Source of the DNA: an uncultured Nitrospinota bacterium
Lineage (GTDB): Bacteria; Tectomicrobia; Entotheonellia; J063; CAVPRW01
Direction of reading: 5' to 3'
NCBI GenBank assembly: GCA_963707985.1
Contig: CAVPRW010000008.1
Span: 128,001-192,000, forward strand
DNA: 64,000 nt
The notes under the pieces are model-generated. The model was not told where the DNA came from and did no database searches. It saw only the letters and a list, made by a program, of their open reading frames with translations. Of the stretch, positions 1 to 10,131 are shown piece after piece; position 1 is the stretch's first letter, and the number at the start of each line of letters is the position of its first letter. A program made the translations under genes and the position numbers.

Positions 1-810
1 GGCCATGCTGCACAGCCGCACCCCGGTCCACTGCCAGCACTTGAGCCGCTGCAGCTCGACATTGTGCCGTTGTCGAACAAGGAGGTAGATTATCCGGCCA
101 ATCGAGAGATGCATGTGGCCTCAACGCTGCGTCAAGAGGCCGAGGCCGAGACCTGGCATGGCCGGCCGCCGCCGCACGACTGGCCAGCTCCCACGGGAGA
201 GCTGTTCCCGCTCCGCTCCCTCAGCGCTGACGAGGTGCCAACAGACACTATCGAGCAAGTGATCCTGCGGCGAGGCTCCAGCCGCCGGTTCGCTCGGACT
301 TCGCTCAGTTTTGCTCAATTGTCGACCATCCTGCTGCGGGCGATCGGAGGCATTCCGGCTGATTTTCTCGAGTCGTCTAGTGCGATGCTGAATGATCTCT
401 ATCTCATCGTCAATGCCGTCGACGATCTCCCCAGCGGCACGTACGTCTTTCGGCGGGATCATCAGGCTCTGGAGTTACTCCAGCGCGGAGCCTTTCGCCG
501 TGACGCGGGTTATCTTGGTCTTATGCAGGAGATCCCAGCAGATGCGAGTGTAGATGTGTTTTTCCTGACAGATTTGCACGCCGTGTTGGGCCGTTTCGGT
601 AATCGTGGCTATCGCGCCGCCCAGCTGGAGGCCGGGCTTTTCGGTGGCAGGCTGTACTTGGCGGCCTATGCCCAGCGCCTGGGGGCTAGTGGCCTGACGT
701 TCTTCGACGATGATGTCACGCGTTTTTTCGCCCCCCACGCCGATGGCAAGAGTGTGATGTTTCTGGTAGCGCTCGGAAAGCCAGGAAGATTGGTGCGTGC
801 ACAGAGGTGA
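1..810 (+). CDS. SagB/ThcOx-type nitroreductase-family dehydrogenase (5' part lies outside the window)
   Basis: Frame is open from base 1. It contains RRGSSRRF, YLIVNAVDDLPSGTY and RGYRAAQLEAG...LYLAAYA...ASGLTFFDD motifs typical of SagB-like nitroreductase domains. Confidence 0.8.
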   Translation, partial: GHAAQPHPGPLPALEPLQLDIVPLSNKEVDYPANREMHVASTLRQEAEAETWHGRPPPHDWPAPTGELFPLRSLSADEVPTDTIEQVILRRGSSRRFARTSLSFAQLSTILLRAIGGIPADFLESSSAMLNDLYLIVNAVDDLPSGTYVFRRDHQALELLQRGAFRRDAGYLGLMQEIPADASVDVFFLTDLHAVLGRFGNRGYRAAQLEAGLFGGRLYLAAYAQRLGASGLTFFDDDVTRFFAPHADGKSVMFLVALGKPGRLVRAQR

Positions 811-1009
811 GGGAAATTTCCGACGTCTGATGCGGCATGATACCGCGATGCTCGCGAGTCTCCGTCGCAACTGTCAAAATTCCCGTTGTCATCGCCAAGC
901 GGTATGTGTAAGCTTAAAAGGGCATTGAGGAAAAAATATGATGGAGCGAGCCATGAGGTGCGGTGCTCCAGGCGCAGGATGGCTCAGCGGATCGTGAGGG
1001 GTCACTCAG

Positions 1010-1654
1010 GTGAGCGAAGATTATCAGTTTCAAACACGCATTAACCCATCATGGCTGGCGGCGGTTCGCGTCGCCTCACCTCGGTTGCGGATTGCCACAC
1101 CTTTCCCATTGATGAATATCGTGGCCCGCGAAAAAGGTGTCACCGCCAGCATCGAGGGCCAAGCCTTAGTGTTGACGGTCGGCCCCGGCGACCCACCACC
1201 CAGCTGGCCGTCTCGTCAACTCGACCTGCTGGGGATTCTGCAGAGGTGCTCGGACGCGGCGAGCATGTTAGAGGCGATTCGCGCTTCCCAGCCGACCGTC
1301 AAGCCACGAGCCGCAGAACGTTCCAGTCCCAGGGCAGCGAAGACCACACGGACAGCACGCGCAACCAAGACGACCGAGCGTCCCTCAGAACCCCCACCTG
1401 TCGTCTCCGTGCCCTTTACGACTATGCTCTCGACCGCACGGCCAGAGGAGGTTTGGGCGGCGATTCGAGAGTGTCAGGGTGAGCCATTTACCGTGGATGA
1501 GCTGCAGACGAAATTGGACGCGGGCGTGGGGCCATACGTGATGATGTGGGCTCGCGACGGCTATCTTATCAAGGCTGATCGCGATTCCAGTCCTGGTGCA
1601 TCCTGGCGTTACCGGCTGCTACGGGACGACCCCGAACATCCGCCGGTCGGATGA
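1010..1654 (+). CDS. Hypothetical protein with a basic/Pro-rich linker and a possible C-terminal winged-helix
   Basis: 214-aa ORF with GTG start after an AGGGG RBS. The C-terminus (EEVWAAIRECQGEPFTVDELQTKL...GYLIK...WRYRL) resembles a wHTH. Confidence 0.55.
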   Translation: MSEDYQFQTRINPSWLAAVRVASPRLRIATPFPLMNIVAREKGVTASIEGQALVLTVGPGDPPPSWPSRQLDLLGILQRCSDAASMLEAIRASQPTVKPRAAERSSPRAAKTTRTARATKTTERPSEPPPVVSVPFTTMLSTARPEEVWAAIRECQGEPFTVDELQTKLDAGVGPYVMMWARDGYLIKADRDSSPGASWRYRLLRDDPEHPPVG

Positions 1655-1663
1655 CAGCGGCGC

Positions 1664-2053
1664 TTATCCCTGTCGCATGAGCTGTTGTATCAGCCCGCCT
1701 AAACTGCGCGACAGAGTATCCTTGGTGACGACCTGGGTGCATCTGTCGTGCAAAGGGCCAGTGCGTTTCCAGTCGGCGTGGGTGGTGTAGCCTAGAATCG
1801 GCACCGTCACCTGAGGCACCTCGACAGCAAGCTCCTCGAACAGCGCTGCCATATTAATCCCATTGACTGTCAGGTCAGCGATCACCAAGGCTGGGCGCGC
1901 CTGCCGGAAGCGGTCAAGAAACTCTTCCGCGCTTCCGGCAAAATGAATGGGGAATCCGACCGCTTTAGCAGTGTCCCCGATCTTCAGCGTAAAGAACAGG
2001 TCGGTAACCAGCGCCAAGATTGGCCGTGGTTGGGTAATGGTTTCCTCAGTCAT
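1664..2053 (-). CDS. Stand-alone receiver-like (CheY-like) protein
   Basis: ILALVTDLFF...PALVIADL...VPILGYTTH fold pattern. Start overlaps the rluD stop (ATGA). Confidence 0.7.
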   Translation of the reverse strand: MTEETITQPRPILALVTDLFFTLKIGDTAKAVGFPIHFAGSAEEFLDRFRQARPALVIADLTVNGINMAALFEELAVEVPQVTVPILGYTTHADWKRTGPLHDRCTQVVTKDTLSRSLGGLIQQLMRQG

Positions 2054-3066
2054 GGCATTTTCTCTCCCGGACGATTTCCTACGTGATCTCTCGCGATCTC
2101 TTCCTTCATATCATGTTCCAGAGCGTTGGCTCCGCGCCGCAGGATGGCTAACACTTCCTCCAGGTCAGCCGGGAGGGGAGCGTGACATTCGAGCCATTCT
2201 CCCGTAGCAGGGTGCACCAATCCCAGGCTCCAGGCATGCAGTGCCTGCCGGCGAAACCAGGCGAGCTGGTGGGCCAGCGGCGAGCGTTGCAGCACTCTCT
2301 GGGAGTGGCCGTAGGTGGGATCACCCAGCAATGGATGCCCTACAGCAGCCATGTGGACGCGGATTTGATGTGTGCGTCCGGTTCGGGGCGACAGTTCCAC
2401 TAGGGTGTAGGACCCGAAGCGCTCCAGCACGCGAAATTCGGTCACGGCGTGACGTCCCACGCGCGTGTGCGTAGACATCTGCTGCCGGTGCACGGGATGC
2501 CGGCCCACGGCGGCGTCGATCACGCCGTCAACGTCGCGAATATTGCCGTGCACGACCGCCAGGTACCGCTTCTTCACCTGGCGGTCGGCGAACAGGCCTG
2601 CCAAGCCACGATGCGTTGCATCATCTTTCGCCACCACGATTACCCCAGAGGTATCCTTGTCGAGCCGATGCACGATTCCTGGACGCTCGATGCCCCCGAT
2701 GCCCGATAGATGTGTACAGTGGGCCAGCACCGCATTGACTAGCGTTCCAGAGGCATTGCCCGGGCTCGGATGTACCACCATGCCTGCGCTCTTGTTGACC
2801 ACCAGCAGATAGACATCTTCATAGAGGATATCGAGCGCAATCGGCTGGGGGAGTAGAGCTGAGGGTTTGGGCGGCGGCAAGCTGACGCTGATCCGATTTC
2901 CGGCGCGAAGGCGATAACCGGCTTTTGCCGCGCGCCCATCCACGACGATCTGTTGCTCGTCGATGAGTTGCTGCACGTAGGACCGTGAGCACGTCGGCAA
3001 CTGCCGGGTCACATAGCGGTCAAGTCGCTCTCCGACATCCTCAGGTGTCAGTGAGAATTCCGGCAT
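2050..3066 (-). CDS. rluD: RluA/RluD-family 23S rRNA pseudouridine synthase
   Basis: N-terminal S4 domain, GIVHRLDKDTSG catalytic motif, TGRTHQIRVH and RQALHA motifs. Follows lspA. Confidence 0.93.
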   Translation of the reverse strand: MPEFSLTPEDVGERLDRYVTRQLPTCSRSYVQQLIDEQQIVVDGRAAKAGYRLRAGNRISVSLPPPKPSALLPQPIALDILYEDVYLLVVNKSAGMVVHPSPGNASGTLVNAVLAHCTHLSGIGGIERPGIVHRLDKDTSGVIVVAKDDATHRGLAGLFADRQVKKRYLAVVHGNIRDVDGVIDAAVGRHPVHRQQMSTHTRVGRHAVTEFRVLERFGSYTLVELSPRTGRTHQIRVHMAAVGHPLLGDPTYGHSQRVLQRSPLAHQLAWFRRQALHAWSLGLVHPATGEWLECHAPLPADLEEVLAILRRGANALEHDMKEEIARDHVGNRPGEKMP

Positions 3067-3075
3067 GGAGGTCAG

Positions 3076-3561
3076 TTACTGCTTGGGAGCCTTGCCAAAG
3101 AGCAGGTCCCAGCATAGGAGGGCCACGCCCACAGTAATCGCCGCATCGGCGATGTTAAAAGCAGGCCAATGGTAGTGAGACCAGTGGACGTCGAGGAAAT
3201 CGATGACTTCGTCGAAGCGGAGCCGGTCGATCAGATTACCGATCGCGCCGCCCATGATCAAGGAGAAGGCCAGGCGCACCAGAACACGGTCAGGTGGAGT
3301 GCTCCGGTAGATCAGAAAAATGATCATCACAGCCACCGCCGAGAGCCCTAGCAAGAGCGGTCTCACAATCCCACGGTTGCCCTGGGCGAAGAGCCCAAAT
3401 GCGCCGCCCGGATTACGCACGTAAGTGATGTCGAAGTAGTTCTCGATCACGATAATGGATTGGTGTGGCCACATCGCCGCATCGACGTACAGCTTGGTGA
3501 GTTGGTCACACAGTACAATAACGCCGACGGTGATCAGAAGGCGTGTATATCGATTTGCCAT
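3076..3561 (-). CDS. lspA: Signal peptidase II (lipoprotein signal peptidase)
   Basis: DQLTK, NPGGAFG, GGAIGNLIDR, VIDF and WPAFNIAD motifs. Confidence 0.96.
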   Translation of the reverse strand: MANRYTRLLITVGVIVLCDQLTKLYVDAAMWPHQSIIVIENYFDITYVRNPGGAFGLFAQGNRGIVRPLLLGLSAVAVMIIFLIYRSTPPDRVLVRLAFSLIMGGAIGNLIDRLRFDEVIDFLDVHWSHYHWPAFNIADAAITVGVALLCWDLLFGKAPKQ

Positions 3562-3837
3562 CTGGCCGCTCAACCGAAAATGGGACGTAGGAGGGCACTC
3601 GGTGATGCCGTCCCCGAGGACAGGACAGTGAATCGGCCTATGTTGCTCCGTCGCATTGGAGACGCTACACTAGTGGTCAACGCCGACACCTCGCACGGTT
3701 GTGAAGAAGGCCTCAGACTAAGGCGCTGATCGTTGCTGCGCACATCGTACTTGAGGAACCGGGAAAAGGCAAGCTGAGAAGCGATGGCCGAGGCAGAGAC
3801 GTAGGGACATGGCGTCCGCCTCTGAGGTAGGAAATCA

Positions 3838-4278
3838 ATGGCTGATGACTCCGCCCTGACAATCACTGAAACGCTTGAAATCCCCCTCGCGGAGCTCCAT
3901 TTCCAATTCAGTCGCAGTGGGGGCCCTGGGGGGCAGCACGTCAATCGCTCCGCCACGCAGGTCGAGTTGACCTTCGACGTGGCGAATTCCCCAAGCCTGA
4001 CCGAGGCTCAGCGGACCAGGATTCTGTCCCAGCTCAAGTCCTACACCGATACCCGTGGTATCCTGCACCTCAGCTCTCAGACCACCCGCAGCCAGCATCG
4101 CAACCGTGCCGAGGTCATCGAACGCTTCCAGCACCTCCTGCAGCGGGCCTTGCATATTCCCAAACGTCGTGTGCCGACGCGCCCTCCTCCCCAGGTCAAG
4201 GAACAGCGTCTGGCGGAGAAACGCCACAAGAGCACGATCAAGGAGGGGCGGGCTCGCAAGCAACCTGACGGGGAGTAA
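3838..4278 (+). CDS. arfB: Alternative ribosome-rescue peptidyl-tRNA hydrolase ArfB
   Basis: RSGGPGGQHVN (GGQ motif), RSQHRNR and a basic C-terminal tail. Confidence 0.93.
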   Translation: MADDSALTITETLEIPLAELHFQFSRSGGPGGQHVNRSATQVELTFDVANSPSLTEAQRTRILSQLKSYTDTRGILHLSSQTTRSQHRNRAEVIERFQHLLQRALHIPKRRVPTRPPPQVKEQRLAEKRHKSTIKEGRARKQPDGE

Positions 4279-4439
4279 CCCAGCCTACCTACAGCATTGC
4301 CCTTGCTCCCTAGCGTCGCCTGTAGTAGAAGGCGCAGGCGCTGGGAAGGCGACTCGTGGCTCGAGACACAGCAAGCGGGAGGCACGGATGGTGAACGCGA
4401 CACGATGGGTTTGGCAACGATTGCCAGCGGTGTCAGCCC

Positions 4440-4832
4440 ATGGCAGATGAGCCGCAGCGCGAATTTCAGGGAGCCGGTGGCACGCCTGGTGGCATTGGCG
4501 AGTTCGTCATCGGCCTGGTGATGGTGGCTACCGGCGGCTACCTTTTGCTCAATCAAGTCACTGTTACCACTGGTTTTTGGGCGTTCTGGGGTTACAATGC
4601 CTTTGGCCTCACGCTGGTGCCGTTGTTGGCGGGCATTGGTTGGTTATTCTTTGATGGACGTGCGGCCTTTGCCTGGTTGCTAGTGATCCTCGGGGCTGCG
4701 ATCATCTTTGTGGGGATCATAGCCAATCTCCACATCTATTTTCGCCCCACCAGTTTATTCAACACGTTGATCATGTTGGGGTTGGTCGTCGGCGGTTTAG
4801 GGTTAATCGCCCGTGCGTTGAGAGCCCATTGA
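4440..4832 (+). CDS. Conserved hypothetical membrane protein (about 4 TM)
   Basis: GAGGTPGGIGEF N-terminus followed by four hydrophobic segments. Confidence 0.75.
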   Translation: MADEPQREFQGAGGTPGGIGEFVIGLVMVATGGYLLLNQVTVTTGFWAFWGYNAFGLTLVPLLAGIGWLFFDGRAAFAWLLVILGAAIIFVGIIANLHIYFRPTSLFNTLIMLGLVVGGLGLIARALRAH

Positions 4833-4855
4833 GATCATATGGAGAGGGGACAACA

Positions 4856-5062
4856 ATGGCCACAGAGCCACGTGTGACCAAAGAAACCGTGGAGAAGATG
4901 GCGCGTGAGGTGGTGGGGATCGACCTGAGCCCAGATGAAATCGACCAGCTGCCCCCACTACTTGACAGACTCCTCGCCGATCTAGCCCAGATTCCTGACG
5001 CCGACCTGCAGGACATCGAGCCACCGCTGTTCTTTCAGGCGGGTGAGTCTGAGCCGAGGTAA
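4856..5062 (+). CDS. Small GatC-like protein
   Basis: 68-aa acidic ORF with GGAGAGG RBS. Pattern VEKMAR...IDLSPDEIDQL...L...L.DIEP resembles GatC and the ORF at 53372-53566. Confidence 0.6.
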   Translation: MATEPRVTKETVEKMAREVVGIDLSPDEIDQLPPLLDRLLADLAQIPDADLQDIEPPLFFQAGESEPR

Positions 5063-5143
5063 TTTCCCTCTTGATCAGGTGCATGGAAACAGACGACCCG
5101 GTTCCTTCTCCCTGAGGGAGAGAGCGCGGGTGAGGGAGCTTCC

Positions 5144-5359
5144 ATGTCACATGTCGTTTTTGCCATAAGCCGCGGCTTGCCTCCGCGTGACATCATCGAT
5201 TGCCGCAAGCTGGCGGAGGAGTTAGGCTATGAACCGGCTGAGGTGGCCGGAGGGCATGGCGGCGATCAGTGCCCCATCTTCTCAGCCTGCGCGGCTGCGA
5301 CCAAGCGGATTCTCTTGGGCACCAGCATCAGCAGCGTCTTCGGGCGAAGCTTAGGCTAA
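5144..5359 (+). pseudogene. N-terminal fragment of an LLM-class flavin-dependent oxidoreductase
   Basis: KLAEELGYE...AAATKRILLGTSI..VFGRS motif; truncated at 71 aa against the convergent ybaK. Confidence 0.65.
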
Positions 5360-5853
5360 AGTCCAACACTGAGGGCTTGAATGACCTGCGTGTTTGGGAG
5401 GTGCCTGAGGGCCTCTGGTGCAATTTTAATCTTCAACGACCGGCTTCCACCTCCAAGTATCACATAGTCGAGCGACATAATCGGCGCATCGATGTATATG
5501 GGTAGCTCCGGCGGCAACGCGAATACCGTGACGCCACCGATCATCATACCGGTTAGTGCCACCGTATCATCAGCCGAGGCGAACGACACCCGCGACGCCC
5601 CCATAAGTCTCCTAACCGCGTGATTGACGTCGAGCCGTGTCGTCGCTAACACAAGGCAGGCGCCATACTGTTTTGGCTCGCGCTTGGACCCCACGATGAT
5701 CGTATTGACGGAGTGCTCAAGCGGGAAACCATAGCGTTCGCAAAATGACGTCGTATCAGCAAAGGCGGCATCGATGGGAATCAGCTCGTAGGGCACCCCA
5801 AACTCGGCCAGCACGTGGCGCACCCGTTCTTCGATCTCTAGGCCCTGTAGCAC
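5356..5853 (-). CDS. YbaK/EbsC-family aminoacyl-tRNA editing protein
   Basis: SFASADDTVALTGMMIGGVTVF, IYID and ILGGGSRSLKIKIAP motifs. GTG start after an AGGGGGAG RBS. Confidence 0.85.
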   Translation of the reverse strand: MLQGLEIEERVRHVLAEFGVPYELIPIDAAFADTTSFCERYGFPLEHSVNTIIVGSKREPKQYGACLVLATTRLDVNHAVRRLMGASRVSFASADDTVALTGMMIGGVTVFALPPELPIYIDAPIMSLDYVILGGGSRSLKIKIAPEALRHLPNTQVIQALSVGL

Positions 5854-5937
5854 GGTGGGAGACTCCCCCTTTCTGGACAAGTCGGTCCTCAGCATGCATG
5901 CGCTGGCGCTAAGGCCAAAGCACTGAGACGTCAGAGC

Positions 5938-7102
5938 TCAATCGGCATACTCGAAGCGTCCAATCACCGGATAATGGTCTGAAAGGTCGCGCCCGTGCTG
6001 AGTTTTGGCGCACGCTGGGACAACAGGACTGACATGAAACGGTCGCAGCCGCGCGCGAACACACATGGGAAATTCCCGCTCGGCCCGCAGCGGCATGACC
6101 TCGAGTTCGGCTCTTACGGGATGTTGATGCCTGATCGCGGGCAACACGTAGTCCACCAACCAGGGACCTCGCCCGAACAGCGTGTTGTCCACGTCCATCG
6201 TCGCCCGTCGTTCGCCTACGATAGCTGGCATCGATACCCCCAGGATGTCGATAATGGCTTGAAATTGCGGGTTCTCCGGCCCACGGGTATTCAAATCTCC
6301 TGCCAGCAACACCGGTTCGGCAAATGGGATGTTCTGCTGTTGAATGAACCTGGCCATTTCGCGCGCCTGGTCGCTCCGCACTGCTGCCGCCGAGGCTCCA
6401 CCCCAGGCTTGCAGGTGGGTTCCGAACAGGTGATATCGCTTCGTGCGTCCGTCCAACATCTTTTCGATGCGCGCGTATTGCACGCCTTTGGCCGCCAGAC
6501 AATCCGGGAAGCGACAAGCGCTGTAAACCAGGTCCTGCGAGGCTGATAATGGGCCATTTCGAGGCAATAAAGATCCCTCCGTTACTCGGTTTCCACCACG
6601 TCGAGACCGGCGGGAGATGATACTGCCACCCGTACGAGGTGAGAAGATCAGTGAGCTTGAGCTTCCCAGCACAGGCCCCGGAAAAACTCTCGTTCAAGAC
6701 GAGCGCGTCGACATGTTCCTGGCCTGCGATGCGACGCGCCAGTGCCTGAGGAATGCGGCACACGCGTTCCCTCTGACCTTCTTGACCAACCCAATATGGC
6801 CTGTCCATGATGTTATACTGCACGATGGTGAAGTGATTCAGATGCTCGGGTATGGCAGGTTTCAGCGCCACCATCGGCGCCTCACACAAGACCTTTTTGC
6901 CGCTGAGGCATGAAAACCCGTCGCCTGAGGTGTCACTGCGGACATAGGTGAGACCAAGGACGTCGCAGTCCTGCTGGCTGGCGGTGCAAAAGGGAGACGT
7001 GCCAAGCCAGGCAGTCGGTTGAGAATCAGCGCTAAAGCACCCGGAAGCTATGGTGAGCAGCAAGGCGAGCAATGCCTGGACAAGGGCCGGAGGTTTCCTC
7101 AT
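5938..7102 (-). CDS. Sphingomyelin phosphodiesterase-like EEP-family lipoprotein, frameshifted near 6541
   Basis: N-terminal frame has a lipobox (ASGC), QYNI, LNESF and NGGIFIASKWPI. C-terminal frame has DCLAAKGV, GTHLQA, AGDLN, VDYVL and LSDHYPV. Confidence 0.8.
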
Positions 7103-7467
7103 GTGTCTACTGACTCGATGCGCTTCAGAGCCGCAAGCAGTCTGGCGTTGAGCGGTGCTCCAACGAAAGCCTTCAGCGGCTCCAGTCGCGAGATAGTTAA
7201 CAGGCTGATCTCCCTCATCGCGATGCGTCTGACTCTAGTCTGGGTGCAACAATTTGTCAACCCATGACATCATGTAGGCCGCGGATGAGCAGGACCTGAA
7301 GTGGTGTGTAGATGTCGATTCTGCCCTGTAGAGTGCGCGTTGCCGGCGTACGAGACGCAGTGTCATGAAGCAATGGTTGAGGGATAATCAGGTGAGGCAT
7401 TGCGGATTTCGCTCCCTTCTTGTCTTGTGATAAGGTATTGTAGGGAATGCAGGATTAGCCAGTAAAC

Positions 7468-9978
7468 ATGGAGAGAGGGCGGAAGAGGGGAGACTATGTG
7501 CTACCGATGACCCTGGGCCGGATGCCTACTGTAACTCAGCAAGATGCGCCCCGATGGATGGGGACTTCGGGCCTATGGCCCTACCTCATGCACATCGTGC
7601 TCCTGATCGCGCTGTATGTCGGCACCGCCAAACTAGGGCTCTCACTTCACGCTGTCGGTGGCTTTGCCACAGCCGTCTGGCCGCCGACAGGGCTTGCCCT
7701 GGTGGCGCTGGTCTTCGGGGGGTATCGTCTATGGCCCGGCATCGTGTTCGGTGCCTACCTTGTCAATGTCTGGGCCGGTGCCCCGTTGCTGGTCGCTGCC
7801 GGCATGGCCCTGGGGAACACCTTCGAAGCCTTGTTGGGCGCCATATTCCTCAGGCGTGTGGTCCGGTTTCGTCCCGCACTCGATCGGCTTCGTGATGTGG
7901 CTGGTCTCGTGGGTGCGGCGATCCTGAGCACCCTGGTGAGCGCCACGGTAGGCGTCACGAGCGGCTGGCTTGGGGGTGTCATTGCTGCTGACGTCTATAG
8001 CGAGGCGTGGCGGACCTGGTGGCTTGGAGATATGAACGGCGATTTGGTGGTGGGTGCGCTGCTATTGACCTGGGGCACGCGCCCGCGAATCATCTTATCA
8101 TCCCGACCGATCCTGGAAGGCGGTGGCCTGCTTGTTACCGTTGTCACCTTGAGCTTGTTCGTCTTCACCAGGTCCCTGGCCACGGATATCATTGATTTCT
8201 CCTATCTCATCTTTCCCGTCCTCATCTGGGCAGCGCTCCGCTTTGGACCATCGGGTACCAGCGCAGCTACCGCCGTCGTGTCCTCCCTAGCCATCTGGGG
8301 AACAGCTCACGGGGGTGGTCCCTTTGCCGGTGGGACTTTTCATGAAGGTGTCTTGGCCCTCCAGACTTTTATGAGCATTGTCGCGGGGACGGTCCTGGTC
8401 TTAGCGGCGGTGGTTGCCGAACGCAAGCGGGCTGAGCTGCGGCTGGTAACCCATGACGCCACGACACGCGTGTTGGCCGAAATGGCCACCCCCAGAGAGG
8501 CCATCCCCAGGGCGTTGCAGACTATCTGTGAGAGCCTTGATTGGGACATGGGCACCCTCTGGCACATGGACCGCGAGGCCCAGGTGCTGCGCTACGGCGA
8601 GAGTTGGCATCGACCATCGCTCGGGCTCCTAGAATTTGCGGCCCCTCACCGATCTTATACCTTTGCCCCCGGTATCGGCCTGCCGGGGCGTGTGTGGGTG
8701 AGCAAGGAGCCGGTATGGATTGTCGACGTGACCCAAAATGCCAACATCCCCCGTACCCCCATGGCTGCCAACGCTGGTTTCCACAGTGTCATTGCTGTTC
8801 CGCTGCAGTTGGGGAGCGATATTCTTGGCGTGATGGAGCTTTTCAGCCGCGAGCGCAGACCACAGGATGATGAGCTCCTCCAGATGGTGGCAGCCCTCGG
8901 GAGCCAGCTGGGCCAATTCTTGGAGCGCAAGCACGTGGAGGAGGCCCTTCGGGAGGGTGAAGAGCGCCTCCGCATTGCCCTCCAGGCCGGGCAGATGGGC
9001 ACCTGGGAGTGGGACATCACAACGGGTCAGGTGATCTGGTCTGAAACTCTCGAGGCCATCCACGGCCTGGCCCCCGGCACCTTCCCAGGCACCTATGAAG
9101 CCTATTACTCCGACATTCATCCCGAGGATCGTGACCGCGTCGCCGACACGATTGCCAAGACGCTCAGCGGGGGCAGTGACCACTGTATCACATACCGGAT
9201 TGTGCTCCCCGACGGCCGCGTGCGATGGGTGGAGCGTCGCGGCCGCCTCTTTGTTGACGATGGCGAGATGGGACGCCCCGTGCGCATGAGCGGGGTATGC
9301 ATGGATATCACCGACCGCAAGGGGGCCGAAGACCGACTGAAGGCCGCGCTCCGAGAAAAAGAAGTGCTGCTCCAGGAAGTACACCACCGGGTGAAGAACA
9401 ACCTGCAGGTGATTTCCAGTCTACTTAGCCTCCAGGCGGGTTACATCGAGGATCCCAGGGGGCAGGCGATGTTTGCCGACTGTGGATATCGTATCCACTC
9501 TATGGCCCTCATTTACCAAAGTCTCTACCAGTCGGAGAGCATGGCCCAGATTGACTTCAGGGCTTTTATCCAGGCGTTGGCCCGCGACCTCTTCCGTGCC
9601 TATGCCATCGATGAGGAGCGCATTCGGCTGGCAGCCGCCGTCGATGACATCTCCCTCACGATCGATACCGCGATGCCCTGCGCGCTCCTTGCCCATGAGC
9701 TCGTCTCCAATTGTCTCAAGCACGCCTTTCCCCAGGGGCGGGTCGGCCATATTTGGGTGACGTTTCGCCGTCTGCCAGACGGGAAGCTTCAGCTGCAGGT
9801 GCGCGATGATGGCGTGGGCCTCCTCGATGCGGTAGCCCCTCACACTGTTGAGTCGTTCGGCCTCCAACTGGTGGATATCTTACGTGAGCAACTCCGTGCC
9901 ACGCTGGAGCTGCAGCGACATCCGGGCACCACCGTGACGATGACGTTTGCCGAGCTGACCCATCAGAGCAAGAGCTAG
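7468..9978 (+). CDS. MASE1-GAF-PAS-HisKA_2 sensor histidine kinase
   Basis: Multi-TM MASE1 (AVWPPTG, WWLGD), GAF (PGIGLPGRVW), PAS (GTWEWD, IHPEDR) and EVHHRVKNNLQ H-box. Exact start uncertain. Confidence 0.9.
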   Translation: MERGRKRGDYVLPMTLGRMPTVTQQDAPRWMGTSGLWPYLMHIVLLIALYVGTAKLGLSLHAVGGFATAVWPPTGLALVALVFGGYRLWPGIVFGAYLVNVWAGAPLLVAAGMALGNTFEALLGAIFLRRVVRFRPALDRLRDVAGLVGAAILSTLVSATVGVTSGWLGGVIAADVYSEAWRTWWLGDMNGDLVVGALLLTWGTRPRIILSSRPILEGGGLLVTVVTLSLFVFTRSLATDIIDFSYLIFPVLIWAALRFGPSGTSAATAVVSSLAIWGTAHGGGPFAGGTFHEGVLALQTFMSIVAGTVLVLAAVVAERKRAELRLVTHDATTRVLAEMATPREAIPRALQTICESLDWDMGTLWHMDREAQVLRYGESWHRPSLGLLEFAAPHRSYTFAPGIGLPGRVWVSKEPVWIVDVTQNANIPRTPMAANAGFHSVIAVPLQLGSDILGVMELFSRERRPQDDELLQMVAALGSQLGQFLERKHVEEALREGEERLRIALQAGQMGTWEWDITTGQVIWSETLEAIHGLAPGTFPGTYEAYYSDIHPEDRDRVADTIAKTLSGGSDHCITYRIVLPDGRVRWVERRGRLFVDDGEMGRPVRMSGVCMDITDRKGAEDRLKAALREKEVLLQEVHHRVKNNLQVISSLLSLQAGYIEDPRGQAMFADCGYRIHSMALIYQSLYQSESMAQIDFRAFIQALARDLFRAYAIDEERIRLAAAVDDISLTIDTAMPCALLAHELVSNCLKHAFPQGRVGHIWVTFRRLPDGKLQLQVRDDGVGLLDAVAPHTVESFGLQLVDILREQLRATLELQRHPGTTVTMTFAELTHQSKS

Positions 9979-10131
9979 ACCTATGACGTCTGTACGAATA
10001 CTCAACGTTGAAGACGAGCATAAGGGTGGCCCAGAGAAAGACGATACACGTGAGATCGAAGACTCGCGCCCCTGAAACACGATGCCACAGACGAGGGTGA
10101 GGCACCTTCGTGTGCGCCAAGGAGAGACAAC

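Noticed and set aside
5101..5140. REP-like CCTTCTCCCTGAGGGAGAG...GGTGAGGG, with weak look-alikes near 48460 and 57460
   Set aside because: The copies are too degenerate to define a repeat family from this window alone.
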